This document shows, piece by piece, positions 14,483-29,968 of a stretch of 64,000 nt of DNA. Each line of letters opens with the position of its first letter. Positions within the stretch are counted from its first letter, which is position 1. The notes under the pieces are model-generated. The model made no database searches, was not told the DNA's origin, and worked only from the letters and a program-made list of their open reading frames with translations. The position numbers were made by a program, and so were the translations under genes. Source of the stretch: Eledone cirrhosa (Eukaryota); the NCBI GenBank assembly GCA_964016885.1, contig OZ024747.1, positions 73,966,001-74,030,000 of the forward strand, in the 5' to 3' direction.

Positions 14483-15670
14483 AAGAGAGTGGAACGTTTC
14501 CTCTATACTCAAGCCTGATACTATTATTATACCAGTCTGAAAGTAGTATGGTTTATTCATTACCCCTTCATGTACTGCACGCTGGCGGTTCGACAAATTG
14601 AGATCGATAAAATAAGTTCAAGTAAGTAAGTCGATAATATCAACTAAAGCAGTGTATGTGGTGACGCAAAATGGCAGACGTCCAGTAAAAGAATTAAAAT
14701 AGTAGAATCAAATATATAGGTCACAGCAGTGTTGAAATTAAAGTATGGAAATGATGTTTAGTATTGCAATGGATGAAGTCACTTTCTATTCCGTTCCTTG
14801 TCTCAAAGTAATTATGTTTCACTTGTGGTTGAATATGACACACTCGCACAACCTTGGTAGATATATACATATATACATATATACATAAATACGTATATAT
14901 ATTCATACACACATACACACATACGTACATACATACATGAAGACATAAATACATACATATGATGGCTGCAATTCGATTTCGAGTAATGCCATCGCTTGAT
15001 ATTTAAGCTTGACCAGCACGAACGAGGTTTTATCGTCCTGCTAGGGACCTACCTATGACCAGCAATGTCAGGCATCGCAAAATATGTCACATATGAAGCG
15101 ATGCTTGTACTTGAAGCTTTTTTAAGTGAGGAAAAGCTTTGCAAGGGGCCAGTCCCTCTCTCCGAACATCGAATGCATTTACTCAAACAGAAGAACTGGT
15201 CTACATCATTGGATGTAAACGATGTCACATATATATATACCAACATACATACATGCACATTCATATCTACATACATACGTGCATACATACGCACATACAT
15301 ATATATATATATATATATACACAAACACACATACATACATAGATATATACATGCATACATAAATATAGGAACGTAGGTTTACAAATGTGCCGGTTGGGTC
15401 TGAGCCACATAGAAAAAGATATTTACCAATTCTAATTTGTTAAATATACTGTGGCTAGAGAATGTCATTGGAACGTCATATTTCGAAAATTCCCAACGGA
15501 AATACAAAAGAGATATATAATCAATAAAACTGTGATAACAGAGAGGAAGCTATTTAATAACAATGTCCACTGTCCATATTTAAGTGTTGGAGAAAACAAA
15601 ACAACACATGCAACACAATGCTGTATAACTCAACTAATTGAATACACGTATTACAATAGGCAGAGACACC

Positions 15671-15753
<83 letters not shown>

Positions 15754-16208
15754 GTGTGTGTATGTATATATAAACACACACTTACAAACTGACATATACA
15801 GCATATATATGTTATATATGTGTATATACATGCCCGTCTGTCTATAAATTTACTTATGCATACCCCGCTCTCTCTCTCTGTATCCCTCTCCCTCTGTCTC
15901 TCTCTATATATATATATAAATATATATAAATGGAAAAGAATGAAACGAAATTTCATTTGTCACTCTCAGTACAGCTGGCACTTAAATATTATAATAAATG
16001 TTCCCTAAACCCATACGTACATATATACATGTGTGCATGTATGTATATATATATATACATACTACTGTACGTCTGTATACATATGTGTATCTACGTATAC
16101 ATACATACTTACATATAAATATATATATATATATATATAATAATATGGGCGAACAGGAAAATTGAAAGAACACAGAGTCCTATCTCATCAGTCAACCGCT
16201 CTAGATAC

Positions 16209-16324
<116 letters not shown>

Positions 16325-17429
16325 GGGAGATAGAGAGAGAGGGAGAGAGAGGAAGGGAGATATAGAGAGAGAGGGAGAGAGAGAGAAAGAGATAGACAGA
16401 CGGAGAGAAGTTCTATGCAGAATGAAATCCTCGGTCCATCAAGAGTTTCTGTAAATATGTGTTATTCAACAGATGATATGACACCAAGGTACCAATTCAA
16501 TATCTCCTAGAGCTACGTCATTACCCACGAAATTAAAATAAGCCCCATTTCTCAAGCTTAGTCTCTTTTATACCAAAGAGTGATCTGGGTTTTCCCATTT
16601 AAATTACGTATAGTACATTTTCATTGATTTTCTGTATGTGTATATTATATATGTATGACGTATATAAAATACACTTCACTTCTTGGTTCCAGCCGGAGTA
16701 CACATTGTGCTGGATGGCGCCGAGGGAGACGCTCTGGGACAGCCAGTCCTCGTGGTGTATAAATTCACTAACGTCTGTCGGTTTGGTGTAATTATTACAA
16801 TTTTACGACAGCATTCCGATCACATTCTCTCTCATATTATATTATTATTTTGGAATTTCTCTCACAATATTCCGTCTGAGTGAAATACATAGAGTAATCT
16901 GTCCACATCTCTTTCACAACCTTGGTATAATTAGTTTGTTGTCATTCTGTTTTCTTTTGCTTTATAAATCAAATGGCTAGCCTTCGGATTTATGCTGCTT
17001 TTATCTTGCCAGTACCACAGATAGTCATGGTTGTATCTTACCTCCAGTTTGTTTTTAAATTGATCATACCATTTATTGTTATATCTTTGGTTTTGTCTTA
17101 TTTATTCTGGTACTCTTCATTCTGGCAGACAATTATATTTATTATACCATTAACAGTCTCAGCATCAATCATGTATGAATCTTTTATTATATGATTGACT
17201 TGTTAGAAGATTCGTTTTGAATTTTTTTTTTTTATCAAAACAGTCCTGACCATTCTATTTCTCCATTCAAAACATTTCACAAATACAACTTTTTTTATAT
17301 GATATAAATTAAACGATGCAGGTGTTGAGATAGATTGCAAAGCCATTTTCAATAATTTCCTATATGAATAACGGGGAAGAGGGGAACATATTTAATTTTT
17401 CAGTTTCAAGTACAATGTTTCATACTCTC

Positions 17430-17658
17430 GAGAGATCAAAGCTCTGAGACTATGGGCATGTTAGAATGTCTCAGGAAACCATCACTGGACAGATTTTAAG
17501 GGCAAAAATTTAGCTGGATAACAACCACCAGGTTGCCTGGTCTTTCTTTGGGATCCAGCCAGATCAGTTGGAGAAGGCTGCTTCTGAGAGGGTCCTCTGG
17601 AAGGAGTATTTGAGTGACTCTGCCCACACGACATTCCCAGGATTAAGTGAGCGAAGAA

Positions 17659-17660
<2 letters not shown>
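17430..17660 (+). mobile_element. RTE-like LINE 3' end (decayed)
   Basis: Contains TATGGGCATGTTAGAATG (GHVRM-like), then [18 protein letters not shown], ending in GAAGAAGAA before (TA)n. Confidence 0.55.
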
Positions 17661-17703
<43 letters not shown>

Positions 17704-17710
17704 AGTTACT

Positions 17711-17791
<81 letters not shown>

Positions 17792-17884
17792 TACGTATGT
17801 ATATTTATGTGCGTGTGTGACTATGAGTGTATATATATGTGTGTGGTGTGTGTGTATGAATAAATATATTTATATTTTTATATA

Positions 17885-17916
<32 letters not shown>

Positions 17917-17952
17917 AGTCCTTTTGTATCTATGTCTGTAGTCTCCTTAAAC

Positions 17953-18319
<367 letters not shown>

Positions 18320-18605
18320 GCAAAAGTTCTATTTAAATTGTTGGGATACAACAAGCAAATATTTTTATAACTGATATAAAGCCATCAACAAGTATTTGGA
18401 GTAAACAGACGATATTAACAAATGGAAACTATATTTATAAAACCATATTTATTTCATTATACATATTTCAAGGACACAAAGTTAAATTATGGTGTGCTTT
18501 CATAAGACAAAATATAATATACAGTAGATCAGTTTTATAAATAAATATTGACATACTCTTAAAAAATGCAACCATCACTGTTGGAATATGTATAATGAAA
18601 TAAAT

Positions 18606-18672
<67 letters not shown>

Positions 18673-18943
18673 TTAGAGAATTGCATTCGCAATCGTGAGG
18701 TTGTGAGTTCCATTCCTGGACCAGGCGATGTGTTATGTCCTTGAGTAAGACACTTTATTTCACGTTGCTCCTTCTACCTGGAGTTGCGACCGATAGATAG
18801 TATTAGCAATTGGAAAGACCAACGGAAACAATGTTTTCTCGGTCAGATTTGACGAAAGTCGATCGTTCTTAAAAAATATACATATATATATATATATATA
18901 TACCTATATATACATATATATATATATATAATATATATATATA

Positions 18944-19842
18944 TACGAGGTGGGTCAGAGAGGTGCCAGGTCTGATGTACCAAAGGATTTATTTCAAACC
19001 CAAACTTCACACTAAGAGTTTTCTCCTTCAAAGTAATCCCCTGGAGTCTAATGCACTTTTCCATCCTTTTCTGCCACGCTTGCATGCTTCCTGGAAACAT
19101 TCTTCCGGGATCCTCCGCAATTCCGTCGTCACGGCCTTTTTGATGTCGTCCACGTCTTCAAAACGGGTCCTCTCCGGGTCGTACTCGAAGGTCCATGACT
19201 CATCGCCGGTGATGACTCTCCCTAGCAAGTCTGGTTCGGTTTCAAGACACTCGAGGATGTCCTAGCACACTTGCATGCGTCGACCCTCTGGTCATCGCTC
19301 AGCAGTTTTGTGTCACCATCTTCGCGCAGACTTTCCGCATGTCCAAATCTTCAGTGAGAATATTCCACAGGCTGTCCCGATACATGCCGCGCTTATTTGC
19401 CATCAGTCGAACAGTCAGCCAACGATCGCCACGCACCATCTGCCTGACGCACTCAATGTTGACCTTCGTCATGGTTGTTGAGGCCCTTCCGCTCCTGGGG
19501 TCATCTTCCACGTCCTCGCGCTTTTCTTTAAACCTCTTGCACCACTCAAAAACAAGTGAGCGTGACATAGTCTCATCTCCATACACTTGCTGCAGCAATC
19601 CCAGTGCTTCTGACGGAGTTTTCAAGTTTGTTCGTAACTCTCTCCTCATTGCTTGACGACCTGAAACCGAGGACATGTATATAAAATGATGAAGAAAAAG
19701 GTTTGATCGCTGCAGAGAGCTAAGATTACAGTTATATACTCCAGGGGTATTACTTTGAAGGAGAAAACTCTTAGTGTGAAGTTTGGGTTTGAAATAAATC
19801 TTTTGTGACATCAGTCCTGCAATTTTTCTAACCCACCTCGTA
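18944..19842 (-). mobile_element. Mariner (Tc1/mariner) DNA transposon, internally deleted, non-autonomous
   Basis: About 105-bp imperfect TIRs (TACGAGGTGGGT.../...ACCCACCTCGTA) in TA context. Transposase remnants are QQVYGDETMSRSLVFEWCKRFKEKREDVEDDPRSGR (HTH) and VITGDESWTFEYDPE (first catalytic D), joined directly to the C-terminal RFEDVDDIKKAV. The second and third catalytic D regions are missing. Confidence 0.93.
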
Positions 19843-19846
19843 TATA

Positions 19847-19887
<41 letters not shown>

Positions 19888-20744
19888 ATAATAATAATAA
19901 TTACAGCCCCACATTATACCCTAACGTATAGTACGATCTATACGTGGATTTTTTACGTCTTGATGTGGTAGCTAAGTATATGTTTTGTTTATACCATTAC
20001 TTATTTGCATAGGTAAGTATATATTACCTGTCTGTTTTGTGAAGGTACGTATACTTTCTCGTACGTATATTTGATTGTATATGTTATGGCGTATAATTTT
20101 ATATATTCTGGTACATATGGTTTGGTTATATGTATAAGGGAGTTTTGCGTCTGTGTGAGTATGCAGGTTCGTACGTACGTAGGGTGGGTGTATATGTGTG
20201 CTTCATGTTTTGGTTGACTTACGTCTCCGAACATTTGTGTATTTACTTGTAGGTATGTGTGTGCGCTTGTTATATACGTATTTATTTATTTATATACGTT
20301 TATTTAATTATGTATTTGTATACACGCACACACACACATATTTATATGTGCGTGGTTTTGTATACCTATGGTAAGTGTTTTCGCGTATGCTTGTGTATGT
20401 ACGTATTTGTATGCGTGTATGTATTTATTTAATTTATATTACCTCTGTATTGTATTTATTTACTTTATTCTTAACTCTAAAGCGATCTCTTTTATACCAC
20501 AAACGTGGTTCTGTCTTTGCGCGTAATTGTTTTTCACCGCTCCTATTAATGACGTATTATATTCGTTTTTTCCCGTTCTTTGCCAGGGAACGTTTCCACG
20601 AACCAAAGTATCGTCTTCCTGTCTGCCTGCGGTTGCAACGGTTTTTGAAATATCCACTTCTGCGTTTACAGATTGACTTTGTTAGTTTCAGAAGATCCGT
20701 TAAGGGTGAAAGCAGCGATTCTTTGCTTAAACTTTAATCTGTTA

Positions 20745-20855
<111 letters not shown>

Positions 20856-20986
20856 CCATTTCTCCGAGGGTTCTTAACCTCAATATCAGGCTAAATAATT
20901 TCATTAATTTCTTTAGTCAAAATACGGCGACAGCTTACATTTCTAATAATTACAAACCAGCTCGTTGTTTCGATAATATTCTTACT

Positions 20987-21022
<36 letters not shown>

Positions 21023-21142
21023 TTTCTGAATTTGTTTAGCAAGATTCTTTATCTGAAATCGTGTGTTGAAACCGATATTGTTATACTTTACAATATACAC
21101 AAACACACACAGGCAGACACACACACACATATATATACACAT

Positions 21143-21186
<44 letters not shown>

Positions 21187-21338
21187 TGTTATACTTTGGG
21201 AGGGTCATGTTGCCAATAAGAAACACACGCACCAATGGCTTTCACTTCAATTTATTATAATAAATTTATATATTTAGGAATTTATAAATTTCTGGTTGGT
21301 TAGTTGGTTCCACAACCAGATAGTTGTTTATATATATT

Positions 21339-21381
21339 GTCAAAGTTCTTTCGTCACACATTCTGTGACCTCTTCAGTGAC
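21339..21381 (-). ncRNA. Minimal type I hammerhead motif in PLE 3' UTR
   Basis: GTCA-CTGAAGA-GGTCACAGAATGTGTGAC-GAAA-GAAC-TT-TGAC, with stem I GTCA/TGAC and stem II GTCACA/TGTGAC. Confidence 0.75.
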
Positions 21382-21561
21382 TGGGGATTCTTTTCTTTGT
21401 TTGTGTGCCTCTCCTTTGTTCTGTCTACGCCATTTTGTTTCTGTGTGTGTGTTGTGTGCTCAGTCTGCGCATGCGCCACATCCGGGTGTCTGTGTGTTTA
21501 TATTTGTTTTTTATTTGTTTATTTACATTGTTTGTTCTATGTGTGTGTTTTCATTTTGTCC

Positions 21562-22135
21562 TTAATTGTAAGTTGTGATGTTGCTGTTCCACTCATATTT
21601 TCTATTTAATTTTGGTTGTAATTCCTTTATGTTTATTGCCTCTGTGATTTGTCTAAACATTGCATCTTTTCTGTGTGTAGATTCTATTTTTATTTCTATG
21701 TTCTCTAATTTACCCCGATGTTCTATTTTAGCATGTTGGTAGAGTACAGATGATTCTTTACTATCTTGAAGGTCTCGCCAGTGTTCATTTATCCATTCCC
21801 CTACACTACGAGCTGTCTCACCTATGTACACTATATTTTTGTCTCTACATTGTCCTTCAGTACATCTTATGCTATACACTACATTTCTAGTTTTACAGTT
21901 AATGTGGGGGCTTATTTTACAGGTTATACATTTCTTATCTATACAGGGGGTCTTTGGAAAGGGTATGTCTTGCTAATAAGTGTTTTTACGGAGGTACCTG
22001 GTCTTTCTACTATCTTAATATTGAGTTTATGTTTATCTAGGGCCCTTCTAAATTTGTAAGCTAATTCACCTCTAGGGGTTGTATCGATGAACATTACACT
22101 CTGGTATTTATTGCTATCATACCATGAGTTTATTC
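21562..22135 (-). pseudogene. PLE GIY-YIG endonuclease domain plus upstream linker (frameshifted)
   Basis: VYSIRCTEGQCRDKNIVYIGETARSVGEWINEH...QH...RQITEAINIKELQPKLN matches the PLE GIY-YIG pattern. The upstream piece is VMFIDTTPRGELAYKFRRAL...VERPGTSVK. Confidence 0.88.
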
Positions 22136-22722
22136 TATGTGTGACGAAAGAACTTTGACAATATCTATAAACAACTATCTGGTTGTGGAACCAACCAACC
22201 AACCAGAAATTTATAAATTCCTAAATTTATAAATTTATTATAATAAATTGAAGTGAAAGCAACTGGTGCGTGTGTCCCAAAGTATAACAATATATATATA
22301 TATATACTTATTTATTGTGCAAACGTACAAAAGAGACACGTATAAGCATAAATATTATAATGAAATCATAAGGAGATTCAAAAACATTGTCGCAAAACAC
22401 ATATCCCCTAATATAGACACGGAAAATTATTTGTATCATATTTAATATTTGGTTCTGATATATGTCAGTCTCACATGATATCTTCTTTTAACCTGAGGCA
22501 ATCTTTTCTCAACACCTACTTATACATATACTTCAATAATCGGGTAAGTTTCTTTTTTCTCCCCTCTCAAATATTTTTGTACGTTTAGTCTTTTGTTATT
22601 GATATTCTATTTGGCTTATATCTGATTATATTACAAAACTATACCGCATTACTTTAGTATGTGAGTCTATTCAATCATTCCTGGATTACATATATATATA
22701 TAAACATTGATACCTGTTTCCT

Positions 22723-22760
<38 letters not shown>

Positions 22761-22864
22761 TAGATAGATAGATATATATAGATATATATATATATATATA
22801 TAAATATATATATATTAGTATGTATATATGTTTACATACACAACAACAACCAAAGGAATTGGTA

Positions 22865-22865
22865 G

Positions 22866-22921
<56 letters not shown>

Positions 22922-22935
22922 TTACTACGACTACT
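22865..22935. repeat. (CTA)n microsatellite
   Basis: Direct reading of the sequence. It explains the poly-Leu ORF. Confidence 0.95.
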
Positions 22936-23069
22936 CTTTATTTCAGTATTTCAGTCTATTATTTCTTTCTTTCTCAAGCCGTTTCACTATTTCGCATTTC
23001 CTTTTAGGCGAAATGTATTGTAGTCTAACAGTATAGAAGATATGCATAAAATATGTCTACATCTATTTA

Positions 23070-23173
<104 letters not shown>

Positions 23174-23238
23174 CACACACACACACACATATATATATAT
23201 ATTATATATACAATATATGTTATATAATATATATATAC

Positions 23239-23277
<39 letters not shown>

Positions 23278-23281
23278 GTTA

Positions 23282-23320
<39 letters not shown>

Positions 23321-23645
23321 TGAATAAATATATGTATAAATGTATGTATATATAACTGGCTCGAAGTGTATATAAATATGTGAATCATTGTATATACTTG
23401 TGTTTATAGGAATGTGACCAGAGATTGTGTGTATTTGTGTCTTTTAGTGTCATATATTATTGTTATTCATCTTTTTATTTCTCCCAGTAGGTATTCAGTG
23501 AACGGCTATTAAGACTAGTACTAGGAGCGTGCAAAGAAGTCATTAACAAACCAATAGAGCTACTATATGTTACTCTATGTATAGACGTATTTATGTAGCA
23601 TAAATTAAATAAATATATATATTTACACACACACACGCGCACACA

Positions 23646-23709
<64 letters not shown>

Positions 23710-23852
23710 CGTAATATATGTGCATCTATACCTAGCTAATTTTCTCTCTTTGTCTGCCATTACTCCTGCTGGCTTGCCTATTCTCGTCTTCATTTCCGTC
23801 AATGTCTTCCTCTCCCAGTGTTCTCTCTCTGCCTCTCCATTTTATCTCATGT

Positions 23853-23912
<60 letters not shown>

Positions 23913-23967
23913 GTATATATACAGAGAAGGGAGTGGTTAAATATCAAATACTATGGCACATATATAT

Positions 23968-24423
<456 letters not shown>

Positions 24424-24604
24424 GTGTGTGTGTGTGTGTATATATACATATATATTGTTCCTTTCTTACCATTTGATACAGCTCCGTGTGGAGGGAGTCT
24501 GTTTTACTAATATATTAATGGACGAGATGTGGTTGCTGAAATTTCTATGTATACATACATCTTCATTGATAGGAGGAAAAAAAAACAAAGATCACAAGCA
24601 ATTA

Positions 24605-24636
<32 letters not shown>

Positions 24637-25769
24637 CTGTATGTATGTGTGTGTGAATATGTGTTTGTATGTATGTGTGTTTATGATTGTGTATATGTGT
24701 ATGTGTGTGTGGGTTTGTATGTGTTTGCGTGTGTAGAGGAGATATGAAGTTTGCATTTTTGCTTGGCCTTGACAATAATCAGTTGACCTTCACATTCTAA
24801 GATGACGTCATAATAAACAATGTTTTCCAAGGAAATTCACGATGCTATTTATTATGTATTTCCTGTAGTATTTAAGGACAATATTATGCATTGAAATTTT
24901 GCAGTAATAATTCCAATAAAAATGATTTTATCTAATTAAAAGAAAAACTGTCTACCTTTTTTTTTATTTTCACGTCGTGAGAGGTAGGTGCATTTAGATA
25001 GAGGTATTAATTGGAAGCAATCAAACCGAGGGACAGAATTCCAAAGTCAGAGTAAATATCTTTTGTCTGGGTGAATAGAAGACGTTTTATGAATTTCTTC
25101 GTGTAAATATTCACCGGCATTAATCTATTATTTAGGACAAAGGCTAAACAGCTCTGGTGTCATTAATTAATAGTTCAAACCCATTATAGGAATATGTCAA
25201 CACCAGGACCATAATTTTGTAGAAAATAATCATGCCTTCTGTATTTGAGTTTAATCGAGCCTTTTTTATCTCCATGTCTCCCTGACAGTGAAGCTGTATA
25301 CGATGTGGCTGAGGAAGAGAAAAACAAACCACCAGAGAAATGCATTTGTTTCCTGAATATGTCTCGAGTTGTACATTCATATATCAGTAAATATAAAAAA
25401 AAAATTATTAAAGAATATTGTACAAATTACGAAATAAGAAGTTGGTAGGCACGTCGGGAAGGATTGTATTAAAATAACAGGAAAATAAAGTGTTCTTTTG
25501 TAATTTATATAATGTACCATCGTACGTTTATTGTTCAAATGTTGACTAATTCATGTATGACTAAATGTTGACGAATTCATGTACAGTTTTAAAATTAAGC
25601 TGCAAATCAAAAACAAATTAAAAAAAATAAAATACAATTTATTTTACATTTCCTCTTCCCCTTTTCGAAACGAAATATCTCCGGTAATCGTTTTATCTTC
25701 TTTTCATTAATATTCGGCAGAGACGGGTAGTTAATAACCATGATTTGCTCACGTTATTTACTAATAAAA

Positions 25770-25954
25770 GAGCGGTGAAATGGCAGTATCGGCAGAGGGT
25801 TGGACGCCATGCTTTCTAGCATAGTTACGTCCCTTTACAGTCTGAGTTCAAATCCCGCCGAGGTTAACTTTGCCTTTCATCCTTACGGGGTCGATAAAAT
25901 AAAGTACCAGTAATGTACTGGGTAATTGCTGACCTTGTGCCTAAAGTAGAAACA
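25770..25954 (+). mobile_element. SINE family A, full length with 17-bp TSD
   Basis: A-box TGGCAGTATCGG and B-box GAGTTCAAATCCC. The TSD GTTATTTACTAATAAAA is at 25753-25769 and 25955-25971. Confidence 0.92.
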
Positions 25955-26077
25955 GTTATTTACTAATAAAATAAAAATATTTGTTGTATAAAATATCAAT
26001 AATGATTCGGCCATACTCAATGCCTTAATATTATGTGCAAAATTAATGCTTCAAATATTTCATTATATGTTTCATAT

Positions 26078-26365
26078 AGGTTAACTTTGCCTTTCATCCT
26101 TAAGTGGTAGATAAAGTAAAGTACCAGTAACGTACTGGGATAATTACTGGCCTTGTGGCAAAAGTAGAAACAATTATGTTTCATTATATATTGCTCTGCG
26201 GCATACGGCCCTTTGCGTTCTGTGTTCAAATCCTGCTAATGTTAGCTTTCCCTTTCATTCTTACGGGATCGTTAAAATAAAGTACCAATAACACATTTGG
26301 GACGAGTTAATCGACTTTCCCTACCCCAAAATTGTTAGACTTGGGCCTAAATCAGAAACAATTAT
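26078..26365 (+). mobile_element. Two SINE family A fragments
   Basis: GGTTAACTTTGCCTTTCATCC...AAGTAGAAACAATTA, and GTTCAAATCCTGC...ATCAGAAACAATTA. Confidence 0.75.
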
Positions 26366-26479
26366 ATTTGCAAAATTAAACAATTTTATTGTTTCTGTTT
26401 TCGTTTTAAGGAGAAATACTCTGTGATATATTTTTTTTAAAGTTAAATACCTGCAACAACAAAGACATTGAAATTATAA

Positions 26480-26669
26480 TAATTGTTTTTACTTTTGGCA
26501 CACGGCCAGCAATTATTCCAGTGTATTACTGGTACTTTATTTTATCAACCCCGTAAGGATGAAAGGCAAAGTTAACCTCGGCGGGATTTGAACTCAGAAT
26601 GGAAAGGGCTGTAACTCTATGTGTCAAAGCATGGCGTCCGACCCTCTACCGATACTGCCAATCCACCAT
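26480..26669 (-). mobile_element. SINE family A, full length with 13-bp TSD
   Basis: The TSD ATTGAAATTATAA is at 26467-26479 and 26670-26682. A and B boxes are on the minus strand. Confidence 0.92.
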
Positions 26670-27063
26670 ATTGAAATTATAACAATATACAATATGCAGA
26701 ATTATTATTCCTTTTTAATGTACAGTGATCGACTAGAATCTTTCCCGAGCCAGGGAAGATATTACATTTAATATATACACACACGCACACTCACATACTC
26801 ACATAAACACACGAGTAGTACAAGCTATTAACCTTTGCGGCTGAATTCATCTGGGACATTGATAAAATATCAACACGTTTATATTTATATATTCGTCGTC
26901 CGCCTCAAGAAATTAATACTTTTCCGACCTGATCTACACTTGTGATGTATGTGATATTTTGTTATCGTTGTTAACATGGCGTAGTCGTATTTGAAGCCTC
27001 TTGTTTTATCGTTTAGGATTTTTATGCAACACTCAACGAGGTTCCGTGAAATTTACGCTTTTA

Positions 27064-27105
<42 letters not shown>

Positions 27106-27284
27106 TAAAATTTGAGTTACTTTCTGTAAGTTTTTTCTAAACATATATCACACATCATATGAGATAGATATATTTACGTTTTGATATAATTCAAACAATT
27201 AATATACATACTCTCACCTTCGGCAGTTCGTGTTGGTTGCTTGTTTATTTCTTTTGTACCCACAACATATGTATAGGTATTTGT

Positions 27285-27326
<42 letters not shown>

Positions 27327-29034
27327 ATAGATAGATAGAGGGAGGCAGGCAGACACAGATCAGAGAATGATTGCCCTGTTGCTATAATGTAATGAACGAT
27401 GCTATTTTTCACTGTGCTTTGAATATGAAGTAAATAATATATTCATGTTGAACAATTTTGAATATACCGGGTACAAAAACAAGCTACAACGTGATATTAT
27501 TTTCAATGAATCATATTTCTAATTATTTTTAACAAAAACACATCAATTATGATTAGATAAAATTTACTCATTCGCATATAAAGACTTAAGTATCAGAAAT
27601 CTCGAAAGCAAAACATATTTACATACATTCATACATACATACATACATATATATACATACGTTCAAACATAGATACAAATATACATACATACATAAATAC
27701 ATACATACTTACATACAAACAGACACATACGCATATACATATAAATACATATATGCGTTCATACAAACATATATACATATATAAAACAGACGTGTATACA
27801 TACGTACATATATTACATATATGTACCTATTTACATATATGCATGCATACATACATACACACACATATACGTAGATATGTTTTTCTATATATTAAATAAT
27901 ACAAACCTATATAAGTCTGTTAGGTTTAATGGAACTTCAGTCTGTGTGAGTGAATGATAATAATATTTACAATATTTCTAGCATTAGCAAGATTGAAAGT
28001 GTTAATGGTGTAAGCATAATGTATTCTATTTGACAAAAGCAACACAAGAAGATTGGTAATAACATAAATATACTCGATATTAGAATGGTTTCATACTGAC
28101 TGAGATCGATTACGTTTTGTACCTTTGTTAGAAAGCCTTTTAACATGTTACGACTGCTGCTGACATAATCAACATCTAATGAATTGAAGAATTCGCTCTA
28201 CAGTATTCGATTTGGCAATGGTTATTAGCTTATTGAGTTATAGATTTATCATTCGTACCTGAAGAGTTTAAGTATTTCAGTCAGATTGTTTCCATTTAAA
28301 GAGTGTGCGTGCAACCAGAAAAAACCCACTTGATTGAACGTAAGATATGGTAACATTATAAACGAAGAGTAGGGATGATCATGTGGCAAATTCTACAAGT
28401 TCTAAATGAAAAGAAGAAGCATCTTTATCAAAGAAAATCCTCTAATAGTCACGAGAGCAGACATTTTCTATGACAGTGAATAATATCGTTTTATATATTA
28501 CAATATCTTTTTCTGGATCAACGGAAAATGAAAGGTTTTATCGTTCCCAGTAGTTTCTGTAATTTAAATGTTACGGATTTTAAGTGAATATTGCAGAACA
28601 TTTAATCTGATGCTCTATCAATTCTACCAAATCATCATTAACTCCAGTTATTGTGCTGGAATACACACCATGCTAACTACTGAAACCCACTGAAGACACA
28701 ACCACAGTCTAATAACTAACATCAATTAACCTGACAGTGGAACGTTTTGAGATATTCGTTCAAGGAATTATATACTTTACGGAATGTGACCCACAATTTT
28801 CACGAGGAAAAGTTTATAGATTACCAAATTTTAATTCATTTTTAATTAAATCATGCTATGAGCTAGAACGAAACTATTTTGAATTAAATATTTAATCACA
28901 CCAACACATCATGCCAATCCTCGTTTACAAGCGCTGGTTTCGCCGCTTCATTTATACCGACAAGAGATTTGGTGTTACAACATCGCATAAGAGCTAATCT
29001 CTTGCAAGACAAAACCAACCAAAGACTATTAATA

Positions 29035-29242
29035 TTGGTTTTTATTTAGACACAACGCCAATAATTTGGGGGTAGGGGAAAATCGATTAAAAATGCTCTG
29101 TGCGTTGTAAATTATTTTAACGACGTCGTAAGGATGAAAGGTAAAGCTAACCTCGGCGTGATTTCAAATCAGTCCGTAAAGACCGTAACTCCATGCCACG
29201 AAACACAGTGTCCGACACTCTACCGATTACCTCCAATCCATC
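29035..29242 (-). mobile_element. SINE family A (diverged)
   Basis: CGTAAGGATGAAAGGTAAAGCTAACCTCGGCGTGATTTCAAATCAG...CTCTACCGAT. Confidence 0.75.
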
Positions 29243-29776
29243 AATGAAATAATGATATTAATTAATGATTTCTACATAACATATATATGCGTTGTTCCAT
29301 TACTTGCTAGAACCATTTGTATCAATCAATCTCCTTTAGCAAGTCTGTCTGTTATTACCTTACATTAAAATGGTATTTGTATGTCACAGTCGAAGACTAG
29401 TGCTACCTCAATGACAGAATGAAATTATTAGTCATCTTATACAGATATCTTAAGAATTAGTCATATCTAATTTACTCAATATAAATAAGCGCTTCCAAGG
29501 AAATGGAATGCATTCCAAATGTATCTTGATCAAATTATCTTTGAGAGAACTGGAAGAAGACACGTTAACATCCAAGAGCAAAGAATGAAACGAGAAAAAT
29601 AAGTGTTAGCTTAAGTAATAAGGGAATCGCTAATGGAGCTGTCTTATGTAATTATCAGAGATGTTTAGTGTGGTAAGTGTGTAACTACAGCATTTTCTGT
29701 AACTTCTGCGGCTCTACACATTACCCTTTTCAGTTCAGGTAGCGTTAGTTTATAAGAGATGCTTATATATATATAT

Positions 29777-29811
<35 letters not shown>

Positions 29812-29834
29812 CATATATATATACATATATATAT

Positions 29835-29968
<134 letters not shown>

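Larger units (their letters stand above)
21020..22290 (-). mobile_element. Penelope-like element, 5'-truncated, with inverted 3' copy at its 5' end (22137-22290)
   Basis: Contains a GIY-YIG ORF, a 3' UTR with HHR and (TA)n flanks. 22137-22275 is the reverse complement of ~21225-21362. Confidence 0.88.

Noticed and set aside
14960-15230. Higher-complexity island suggestive of a LINE fragment (also 51230-51415, 61470-61720, 63300-63570)
   Set aside because: No diagnostic motif could be read with confidence.
25770-25870. A/B boxes as a tRNA gene
   Set aside because: No cloverleaf. This is a multi-copy SINE head with a TSD.
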